DNA of 64,000 bases from an uncultured Pseudomonadota bacterium (lineage in GTDB: Bacteria > Desulfobacterota > Syntrophorhabdia > Syntrophorhabdales > CAYQXL01). Positions 47,090 through 54,752 of this stretch are shown piece by piece. Each line of letters begins with the position of its first letter. The stretch's first letter is position 1. Below the pieces are notes generated by a model. The model was not told the origin of the DNA. It saw nothing but the letters and a program-made list of their open reading frames with translations, and made no database searches. The translations under genes and the position numbers were made by a program. Location of the stretch: contig CAYQXL010000002.1 of assembly GCA_964421445.1 (NCBI GenBank), positions 13,602 to 77,601 on the forward strand. Direction: 5' to 3'.

Positions 47090-48601
47090 ATGAAGATCGA
47101 TCTGGATAAATGTATCGGATGCGGGTTCTGTGAAGAGGTCTGTCCTCTCGGTGTACTTGCCGTTGAGGAGAAAAAGGTCCGGATGCGACCGGGATGTGTT
47201 GACTGCAAAACCTGCATGAAGGTCTGTCCCAAGTCGGTCTTTTCCCTTGCCGAAGAAGTTGGTTTCCCTGTCTGTGACGCCTGTCCTGTCATGTGCCGCA
47301 TACCTGAAGAAGGCTACGGCGCCTGTCTGCGTTACCGGAATGTCAAGGGCGAGATCGTCAGGGAGGGACGTGTCCATACGTACGAAGAGGTAAAGGATAT
47401 CGTCCGGCAGGGTGCGGATAGCCGTGCGATCGAAGAGCCTCTCATCACAGGTATAGGATCGGGAACGACCTATCCCGATTTCAGGCCTTCACCTTTTATC
47501 GTGAGCGGCGTAAGGGACGGTGTCGATATTATCACCGTTGTGACAGAAGCCCCCCTCAGTTACAGCGGAATAAAGCTGAAAGTCGATACGGATCTCGGCC
47601 TTGGGCAGGAAGGGCAGGGTGTCTACATCGTGAAGAAGGGCAGACGCCGTATCGGCCATCTCTGTACGGAAGAATATGGGTCGAAGATCCTCTCCTTGGG
47701 CGGGGTCAACATCTTTACCTCGAAAGATGGCCTTTTCGCAGCCCGTGCAATGGCTGAATTGCTCGGGGGCCGGGCAATCACTGTAGAAGTCGAGAATGGT
47801 CCGAGGATCGAACTCTGTCTCGGAAAGGGGCCACGGGTGGATGGAAGGACGGAGGAACGGATGAGGGTGGGGTGCGGGAGCGCAACCACCGGTCTGTTTG
47901 CCCCGTATATGTTGACTGCAGCCGATGAAGTCGTGGTCCTCGATGGCCACATTACCGGTCTTTTCAGTGAGCATCCTTCCGGGCGCTATCTGGGAAAGAA
48001 GCGCTCTCCAGTGGAGATTGTCGGCCAAAAAAACACGGAAGGACGGTACTTTCTCACCAAGGGGAACGGGTGGGGAGGAACAGATGTCGTCAATCCCCTC
48101 GATGCTGTTGGCGTGAAAGACTTCCGGACCGTTCCGGAAGGTATGACTCTTCTCGTAACAGAGACAACGGGGCGAATGTTCGCTTTCTTTCGATTTACCG
48201 ACGGAGCGTTCAGGGAAGACGAACCCACTCAGGATGCCCTGAAATTTCTTCAGGTCCTCAGGGAATCCTGCGAGCCATCGATGGTGACCGCTGTCTTTGC
48301 TGCCGGAATAGGGGGCTCGGCCCGGGCGGGGGTCACGAAGAACCCTATCAGACTGACGAAGGCTGTTCATGAAGGCCGGGTGTCGGTCACGATAGGCGGT
48401 GCGAAACCCTTCATTTTTCCTGGCGGAGGCATCAATTTTCTCGTCGATGTTCAAAAAATAAGGCATGGCAGTATCTATCTTACGCCAACGCCGTCCTTTG
48501 TGCTCCCTGTGGAGTACACGATGACGAAAGAGACCTTCGAGGCTATCGGCGGGCATGTTGAGGCAATAAGACCGGTCGACGAAGTTGTGAAAAAGGGATG
48601 A
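47090..48601 (+). CDS. 6-hydroxynicotinate-reductase-like iron-sulfur protein
   Basis: 503 aa. N-terminal 2x[4Fe-4S] ferredoxin motifs CIGCGFCEEVCP and CVDCKTCMKVCP, a further Cys cluster CDACPVMC...C, and a large uncharacterised C-terminal domain. The assignment rests on architecture and context only. Confidence 0.5.
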   Translation: MKIDLDKCIGCGFCEEVCPLGVLAVEEKKVRMRPGCVDCKTCMKVCPKSVFSLAEEVGFPVCDACPVMCRIPEEGYGACLRYRNVKGEIVREGRVHTYEEVKDIVRQGADSRAIEEPLITGIGSGTTYPDFRPSPFIVSGVRDGVDIITVVTEAPLSYSGIKLKVDTDLGLGQEGQGVYIVKKGRRRIGHLCTEEYGSKILSLGGVNIFTSKDGLFAARAMAELLGGRAITVEVENGPRIELCLGKGPRVDGRTEERMRVGCGSATTGLFAPYMLTAADEVVVLDGHITGLFSEHPSGRYLGKKRSPVEIVGQKNTEGRYFLTKGNGWGGTDVVNPLDAVGVKDFRTVPEGMTLLVTETTGRMFAFFRFTDGAFREDEPTQDALKFLQVLRESCEPSMVTAVFAAGIGGSARAGVTKNPIRLTKAVHEGRVSVTIGGAKPFIFPGGGINFLVDVQKIRHGSIYLTPTPSFVLPVEYTMTKETFEAIGGHVEAIRPVDEVVKKG

Positions 48602-48613
48602 TGGCTGACCGGT

Positions 48614-49465
48614 TTGCGGGAAGGAAACTGGACCGTGTTTATTGATATTGGACCGGTATCGATGTATGTGGTGACAGAGAAAGACGGATCTCGCCATGAT
48701 CCCTGCCGATCAGAGACGGAAGCATTCATAGGACGAAATCTCGGAATGATAGGTGACTGTCTTCCGGTGCTTCGTCAAAGGGCCGGGAGAATTGTCAGGT
48801 ATTCCCACCTTCCCCCTGTTGCGGCGATGATGATTCGGGCTGCCCAAACTGTCGACGGAGCTTCACTGACACCGATGGCAGCGGTAGCCGGCGCCGTATC
48901 GGAAGTGGTGAAAGATTATCTGAAAGATCAGGGCTTCGATTTTATTTCCGTCAATAACGGAGGGGATGTGGCCATATTCAACGCCGGCGGAAGGAGTCTC
49001 TCCGTAGCGATCGGCGATATCCGGACCGGTCATGCCAGTCCTTATACGCTCGTCATCAGCCGTTCGGGGGACTATGGTGTGGCCACAAGCGGTCTGGAGG
49101 GAAGAAGCTTTACCCTCGGCGTTGCCGATTCTGTCACTGTTATCGCAGACTCGGCACCCGTGGCTGATGCAGCGGCCACATTCGTAGCAAACAACGTCAC
49201 TGTCGATTCACCTGTGGTGGTGAGAATGAGGGCAGGGGATGTTGATCCCACAAGTGATATTGCCGGGGAAGAGATCGTTGTAGCAGTCGGTGAATTGGAA
49301 GAATCGGAGATATCCGCCGCCCTGGAGCGGGGATTGGTTGTTGCCCGGACCCTTAAAGCCGAGGGAGTAATCTGTGATGCTGTGCTGCAGGTCAAAAAAC
49401 GGATGGCAACGACAATTGAGAAGACCACTACTATCATGCTCGAGGTGAACTATGGAAATACGTAA
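48614..49465 (+). CDS. UPF0280 / ApbE-fold family protein
   Basis: 283 aa. The LTPMAAVAGAVSEVV and SVNNGGDVA motifs are what I associate with UPF0280. The start is uncertain (TTG 48614, ATG 48662). Confidence 0.55.
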   Translation: MREGNWTVFIDIGPVSMYVVTEKDGSRHDPCRSETEAFIGRNLGMIGDCLPVLRQRAGRIVRYSHLPPVAAMMIRAAQTVDGASLTPMAAVAGAVSEVVKDYLKDQGFDFISVNNGGDVAIFNAGGRSLSVAIGDIRTGHASPYTLVISRSGDYGVATSGLEGRSFTLGVADSVTVIADSAPVADAAATFVANNVTVDSPVVVRMRAGDVDPTSDIAGEEIVVAVGELEESEISAALERGLVVARTLKAEGVICDAVLQVKKRMATTIEKTTTIMLEVNYGNT

Positions 49466-50027
49466 AATTGTAACGGTTGTTGAAGATGTTCTCATGGAAG
49501 GAGGAAAAGCGATGGCGCGGCCCTTGCGAAAAGTGGCCTGTATCGCTGTTATCAGGAATCCCTATGCAGGAAAATATGAGGAAGATCTGTCAGCTCTTGT
49601 TGATTTCAGCGAAGAAGTAGGTGCGATAATTTCTGCCCGGGCGGTGGCCATGCTTGAACCGGACAGGAAGCCTGAGAGCTATGGGAAGGCAGCCATTGTT
49701 GGCGAAAAAGGCGAACTGGAACATGCAGCGGCTCTCCTCCATCCCAAACTGGGGACACCTCTCCGGACCGCTGTCGGCGGCGGCAAGGCTATTATCCCAT
49801 CCGCGAAAAAGATGGGTCGCATGGGAGATTCGATCGACATCCCCCTTCACTACAAAGACGCTGCTTTTGTCCGCTCCCACTTTGACGGAATGACTGTCTC
49901 TGTAGGAGATGCGCCGAGATCGGACGAAATCGTCCTTGCTGTAGCCGTGACTGACGGTGGAAGACCCCTTGCGCGGGTCGGGGGCCTGAAGAAGGACGAA
50001 GCGAAAGGTGAAGACGGATTAAGATAG
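49452..50027 (+). CDS. DUF1185 ('amino acid synthesis') family protein
   Basis: 191 aa. MEIRKIV..EGGK...AVIRNPYAG...YGKAAIVGEKGELEHAAALLHP...IDIPLHYKD...DAPRSDEIVLAVAVTDGGRP follows the family pattern. SD GAGGTGA. It overlaps the upstream gene by 14 nt. Confidence 0.68.
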   Translation: MEIRKIVTVVEDVLMEGGKAMARPLRKVACIAVIRNPYAGKYEEDLSALVDFSEEVGAIISARAVAMLEPDRKPESYGKAAIVGEKGELEHAAALLHPKLGTPLRTAVGGGKAIIPSAKKMGRMGDSIDIPLHYKDAAFVRSHFDGMTVSVGDAPRSDEIVLAVAVTDGGRPLARVGGLKKDEAKGEDGLR

Positions 50028-50377
50028 GATTACCTGTGATGGAGAGGCTAATGCCTGGTGGTAGGTGGTCTCATTGCAGATCATCCCGCCAGGCAGCCAA
50101 ACCCCTTCATCGACTCTCTGCCCCCCCTTAAACATAGACACGTTCCATTCCCGCATTTTCCTGTTCCCTGCATTCTCCTGCCCGTAACCGTTTTTATGCC
50201 ACCGGAAACAACGAGATGTGAATCGCACCCTGGCGAAACGGTGTCTGCCATGTGGTGGTCCGGCCTCTTCTCTTTGAACGGTATGTTCCAGGAAATCAGT
50301 AAGGAGAACAGTTAAAAGGAGAGTCTCAAATCATGTTTTAAATTTCATGAAATATGAAAAATAATACATGAAATTCC

Positions 50378-50406
50378 TTGACAATAAAACTTCGGGGGTA
50401 TATAAA
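50378..50406 (+). promoter_or_regulatory. candidate sigma70 promoter of the GntR-ABC operon
   Basis: TTGACA (50378-83), 17-nt spacer, TATAAA (50401-06). It lies inside the 5' end of the track ORF, which argues for the downstream ATG at 50413. Confidence 0.45.
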
Positions 50407-50412
50407 CGTATT

Positions 50413-51087
50413 ATGGCAGACGTAATGAAGGTCCACAAACAGCGTCTCAGCAATCAGGTCTATGACATTGTCAAAGAGATGATTGCCAACCATCGGTTTG
50501 AACCAGGTACACGATTGAACGTCGAGCAGATTGCCAAAGAAGTCGGGGCAAGCAGGACCCCTGTATGGGAGGCTGTTCATCGGCTCATACAGGAAGGTCT
50601 TCTTGAAAACATACCGAACAGGGGTGTGTTCATGGTGAGCCTGACGCCTGTTACGGCACGCGAACTCTATACGGTCAGAGAGGTTCTGGAAGGTCTTGCG
50701 GCCCGTTTGGCAATTGAGAATACCGACGAACGGCTGATAAGAAAGATGACGAAAATCCTCAAAGAGCAGGACAAGGTCATTCGGAGGGGGGATCTTGTCG
50801 GATATTCGAAGTCGGACTTTGATTTCCATGCTCTCGTTTATGAAGCGAGTGGCAACAGGACCCTTCAGGAGATGCTCGAAGAGATCAAAAACAAAATGAG
50901 ACCGATTTCTATGCACATACAACCAATATTGAGTGAGCTCTATGCCGATCATCTGAAGATACTCGAAGCGTTCAAGGATCGGGATCGGGAGAAAGCGGAA
51001 AAGGCATTTCTCGATCATAACAGGCAGATGATCCGGAAGATTGAGGAGAGTGCGACAGAAAAGGAGTGGTCAGCGGCGAAAGGATGA
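50413..51087 (+). CDS. GntR-family regulator with FCD ligand domain
   Basis: HTH pattern LSNQVYDIVKEMI...LNVEQIAKEVGASRTPVWEAVHRLIQEGLL and a C-terminal FCD-like helical domain. Start is 50413 (or 50425/50368). Confidence 0.87.
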   Translation: MADVMKVHKQRLSNQVYDIVKEMIANHRFEPGTRLNVEQIAKEVGASRTPVWEAVHRLIQEGLLENIPNRGVFMVSLTPVTARELYTVREVLEGLAARLAIENTDERLIRKMTKILKEQDKVIRRGDLVGYSKSDFDFHALVYEASGNRTLQEMLEEIKNKMRPISMHIQPILSELYADHLKILEAFKDRDREKAEKAFLDHNRQMIRKIEESATEKEWSAAKG

Positions 51088-51143
51088 AGGAAGAAAATGG
51101 GCAAGGGTTTTGAACGGGAGAAATAACCATAAGGAGGAGTCCA

Positions 51144-52406
51144 ATGAGTAAGCAGTTGAAAGTATGGTTTCTGGTGGTAACGGTCATGGTTTTTGCTGCC
51201 GGGTTGTATGCAGCAGGGCCTGTGTCGGCGGCACCTCCGGACAAGGTGAGGATAGGCCTCATGTTCGGGTTGACAGGGGCGGCATCTCCTATCGGGCCGG
51301 TTCAGCTCGATGGGGCAAAGCTTGCTATTAAGGAGGTCAACGCTGCCGGTGGGGTCAATTTCGGCGGAAAGAAGGTTCCCATTGAGTTTTTCGTGAAGGA
51401 TGACGAATCAAAACCGGACGTGGCCATAAGGAGATTCAGGGAATTTGTTGATGAAAATAAGGTTCATGCCCTGGTAGGTCAGACCTTTGCTCCTATTTCA
51501 GCGGCACTGAACAAGGAAGTCAAGAAGACGCCCATGGCGTACTTCCCTGTGAACGTTGTGGCTATTAATATGTTCGAGAAAGCTGAGATGGCGGAGACGA
51601 CATTTGCTGTTCATGGAGGGGCATATTCGATCGGCTATGCCGGAGCCTCCTATATCGTCAACGAACTCGGGCTCAAGAAGATCGTCTTTTTTGGTCCTGC
51701 ATACGCATTCGGACGTGACCAGTGGGCCGGAGCAAAGGCAGCCTTCGACAAATACGGGATCAAGGTCGAATACGTCGAATCACCGGTAGGAACGAGTGAC
51801 TATACATCATATTTGCTGAAGATCGGAGAGAAGAAACCCGATATCGTCATGCTGGCCCACTGGGGTGTTGATGCAATCAATGTTCTCAAGCAGGCGTACG
51901 AAACGGGTCTCAAAAAGAAGACAAAGATATGGTTCGACTGGATGACGAATTCCTTCGGCAGCGGTGTGCCGCCGGAGGCTCTTGAAGGTGTCTATTCGCT
52001 CATGTCCTGGTACTATGACATGAAAGGGTTTAAAGATGCCGCAATTGTCAAGTCAGCCGATGCTTTTTCAAAGAAATTCCAGGCAGAATACAAATACCCC
52101 CCCGATCCCTATTCGGCTATGGCTTATGAGGGAGTGAAGGAAGCTGTCAGGGCCATGGAACTTGCTCAGTCGACCGATCCGAAAGCGATGGCCAAGGCCC
52201 TCATGGCCAATCCAAAGTTCGACTCGATGAAGGGACAGGGTACCTGGCGGGCCGATCACCAGCCTCTCTTCAAGTATGGTGCCTTTGTTGTCATGGGTAA
52301 GGGCGCGAAGGAACGGAAAGACAAGAAGTGGGATCTGGTGAAGATCATCGGGGCCTATACAGGCGAAGACTATCTCCCTTCGCTCTCTTCGCTGGGTTAC
52401 AAGTGA
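51144..52406 (+). CDS. ABC transporter substrate-binding protein, LIV/Peripla_BP_6 type
   Basis: 420 aa. Sec signal peptide (VTVMVFAAGLYAAGPVSA), then IGLMFGLTGAASPIG typical of the family. SD AAGGAGGAG. Confidence 0.88.
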   Translation: MSKQLKVWFLVVTVMVFAAGLYAAGPVSAAPPDKVRIGLMFGLTGAASPIGPVQLDGAKLAIKEVNAAGGVNFGGKKVPIEFFVKDDESKPDVAIRRFREFVDENKVHALVGQTFAPISAALNKEVKKTPMAYFPVNVVAINMFEKAEMAETTFAVHGGAYSIGYAGASYIVNELGLKKIVFFGPAYAFGRDQWAGAKAAFDKYGIKVEYVESPVGTSDYTSYLLKIGEKKPDIVMLAHWGVDAINVLKQAYETGLKKKTKIWFDWMTNSFGSGVPPEALEGVYSLMSWYYDMKGFKDAAIVKSADAFSKKFQAEYKYPPDPYSAMAYEGVKEAVRAMELAQSTDPKAMAKALMANPKFDSMKGQGTWRADHQPLFKYGAFVVMGKGAKERKDKKWDLVKIIGAYTGEDYLPSLSSLGYK

Positions 52407-52420
52407 TCATATGAACGACA

Positions 52421-52451
52421 GAGGCGGGGTCTTCAAGGCCCCGTCTCCTTT
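52421..52451 (+). terminator. stem-loop / partial terminator after the binding-protein gene
   Basis: GAGGCGGGGTC (52421-31) pairs with GGCCCCGTCTC (52437-47), including two G:U pairs, around a 5-nt TTCAA loop. It is followed by CTTT. The position after the SBP gene is typical for differential expression. Confidence 0.45.
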
Positions 52452-52468
52452 ACCCTGGAGAGACTATT

Positions 52469-53248
52469 ATGGCAGACCAACCGATCATGGAGACACGAGG
52501 GGCGACGAAAGAGTTCAATGGCCTTAGGGCGGTCGATGGAGTTGATTTCCGGATAGCCGACGGTGAAGCGGTCGGCATTATCGGCCCCAATGGTGCGGGA
52601 AAGACAACGTTCTTCAACCTTCTTACCGGTCTCTTTCCGCCGTCTCAGGGCAGCGTCTTTTTTGCCGGCAGAGAGATAACAAAGGAGCCGCCCTATAACA
52701 GGGTTATGATGGGGATAGTGAGGACGTTTCAACTCGTTTCGGTATTCGATTCCCTCAAGGTTAGCGAAAACCTGGTCCTGTCCAACGTACGCTTCGGCTC
52801 AGACTATGCTTCAAAACGGCGGTTCTTCTTCTCCGATGCCCACCGCCCCGAGATGACGGCCCGGTGTTCGCAAGCTCTTCATGTCATGGGGATCGAGAGG
52901 AAAGCCGATCTCATGACGTCGGAACTCTCATACGGTGACAAGAGAAAACTGGAAATAGCCGTGGCTCTCTCGATGAAACCAAAAATATTGCTCCTCGACG
53001 AGCCCTTTGCAGGTTTGAGCGATCAGGAAATAGGCGAGGTTGCGGCGATCATTGCCACGGTGAAGCAAGGCATTTCTCTTGTCATTATTGAGCACAAAAT
53101 ATCACGGATCGTGGACCTCGTAGGCAGGCTCAGCGTTATGCATGAAGGGCGCCTTATAGCGGAAGGCCCACCGGGCCAGGTTCTTTCCGACCCCCTGGTG
53201 AGGGAAGTTTACTGGGGCAAAGAGGAGGGACTGACATGCTCAGTGTAA
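52469..53248 (+). CDS. livG: ABC transporter ATP-binding protein (LivG type)
   Basis: Walker A GPNGAGKTT, signature LSYGDKRKLE, Walker B ILLLDEP. Confidence 0.92.
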   Translation: MADQPIMETRGATKEFNGLRAVDGVDFRIADGEAVGIIGPNGAGKTTFFNLLTGLFPPSQGSVFFAGREITKEPPYNRVMMGIVRTFQLVSVFDSLKVSENLVLSNVRFGSDYASKRRFFFSDAHRPEMTARCSQALHVMGIERKADLMTSELSYGDKRKLEIAVALSMKPKILLLDEPFAGLSDQEIGEVAAIIATVKQGISLVIIEHKISRIVDLVGRLSVMHEGRLIAEGPPGQVLSDPLVREVYWGKEEGLTCSV

Positions 53249-53925
53249 AAGACGTTAATGTTGCCTACGGACGGGCAAAGGTCCTTCATGCCATTTCGGC
53301 AGAGGTCGACTCGGGACAGATGGTCTTCATTGCGGGACGAAACGGGGCCGGTAAGACAACGCTCTTAAAGTCGATTGCAGGATTTATCCGGCCTGTCGAT
53401 GGATCCATCACTTTTGATGGCCGCACTATCATTGGTCTTCCACCGGAGAAGGTAGCTCTTCTGGGGATACGGTATGTCTTTCAGGACAAGAGGGTCTTTT
53501 CTCAGTTGACGGTGAAGGAGAATCTTGAGCTGGCGGCCTACCCGGTGAAAGAGAAGATTGGCGACGCCATTGCCAGGGTCGTGAGCATCTATCCGAAGAT
53601 TGAAAAATTTCTTAGCCTGAGAGCGGGGAGCCTCAGCGGCGGTCAGAGGCAGATTCTCCTTATCGGGAGGGCTTTGATCGGCGACCCGAAACTTCTCCTG
53701 GTCGATGAACCGACCGAAGGACTTGCGGCCGGAACGATCAACGATATTCTTAATGTCCTTGCTACGATGAAGGGAAAGATGTCCATGGTCATCGTCGAGC
53801 AGAATCTTTCCGTTGTCGGCATGCTTGCTGACAAGGTCTACATGATGCGGGAAGGGATGATTATCCGTGAGATCTCGGACAAATCGGAGATCACGAACAA
53901 GAGTCTTCTTGAAGAGTGTCTTTAG
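53236..53925 (+). CDS. livF: ABC transporter ATP-binding protein (LivF type)
   Basis: Walker A GRNGAGKTT, signature LSGGQRQIL, Walker B LLLVDEP. 13-nt overlap with livG. Confidence 0.92.
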   Translation: MLSVKDVNVAYGRAKVLHAISAEVDSGQMVFIAGRNGAGKTTLLKSIAGFIRPVDGSITFDGRTIIGLPPEKVALLGIRYVFQDKRVFSQLTVKENLELAAYPVKEKIGDAIARVVSIYPKIEKFLSLRAGSLSGGQRQILLIGRALIGDPKLLLVDEPTEGLAAGTINDILNVLATMKGKMSMVIVEQNLSVVGMLADKVYMMREGMIIREISDKSEITNKSLLEECL

Positions 53926-53984
53926 GGCAGACACTGTGAAGAGAGGCGAGAGAACGAACAGAACAGAGAAAAGGAGAGAGACAG

Positions 53985-54647
53985 ATGACAACATCAAAGA
54001 TTGAAGCAGCCAAAACAGCGATTGTCCTCATAGAGCCTCAGTATGATTTTTTGAAACCCGGGGGCTCGATGTATCAGTTTATTGCAGATCAGCTTGTAAA
54101 GCGTAATGTTATCGGGAATCTTGTTCAACTCGTTGACAATGCCCGGGGAAAGGTCAAAAAAATCATCTATGTGCCTTTCGAAGCCTTTGAACCAGGATTC
54201 CCGGAGATTGACCCCAAGGGTCCAGGCATGGGTGGTCTCAGAGGTCTGGAAATTGATATGCCGACGGCCTGGGAACTCGATGGAAAGAAGGTGTATGGAG
54301 CGTGGGTTGCAGGAACACCGGGACCGGAGATTATTCCCGAACTGACGCCGAAGAAGGGTGATATCGTGGTCCGGGGCAAGAAGACCCTCGATGCTTTCTG
54401 GTCAACTGCCCTTGATTACACACTCCGTGTCAATATGATCGAGTGGGTTGTGGTGGTGGGATTCCATACGAACTGGTGTGTTGAATCTACAGCCCGGTCA
54501 GCTTACGACAAGGGGTACAGGGTCATTGTCATAGGCGACTGTACAGGGACTGATACAGACGAAGAGCAGAACTACGTGGAAAAATACATTTTTCCCAAGA
54601 TTGGTGAGGTTATGGGCTATAAAGATTTTCTTGCACGTCTCGTGTAG
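53985..54647 (+). CDS. isochorismatase-like cysteine hydrolase (amidohydrolase), substrate unknown
   Basis: 220 aa. Catalytic triad candidates are D in LIEPQYDF, K in VRGKKTLDAF, and C in GFHTNWCVESTAR. SD AAGGAGAG. Confidence 0.85.
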   Translation: MTTSKIEAAKTAIVLIEPQYDFLKPGGSMYQFIADQLVKRNVIGNLVQLVDNARGKVKKIIYVPFEAFEPGFPEIDPKGPGMGGLRGLEIDMPTAWELDGKKVYGAWVAGTPGPEIIPELTPKKGDIVVRGKKTLDAFWSTALDYTLRVNMIEWVVVVGFHTNWCVESTARSAYDKGYRVIVIGDCTGTDTDEEQNYVEKYIFPKIGEVMGYKDFLARLV

Positions 54648-54663
54648 TTACGGATGGAATACG

Positions 54664-54707
54664 GTTTTAGCGGCCGGGGGGATGTCTGTACCCCTGACCG
54701 CTAAAAC
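54664..54707 (+). other. strong intercistronic stem-loop between the hydrolase and permease genes
   Basis: Perfect 10-bp stem GTTTTAGCGG (54664-73) / CCGCTAAAAC (54698-707) with an inner GGGG/CCCC helix. No T-tract follows. Confidence 0.5.
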
Positions 54708-54752
54708 GGGCAGGAAAAAGGGTTCCTGAAAGGGCCACAACAGGAGGAGATA

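Noticed and set aside
50058-50315. 85-aa plus-strand ORF (and the 69-aa minus-strand ORF 50019-50228) inside the 385-nt spacer.
   Set aside because: Neither has an SD. The composition is Pro/His/Cys-rich with no motifs, and there is no coupling to neighbours. They are more likely non-coding.
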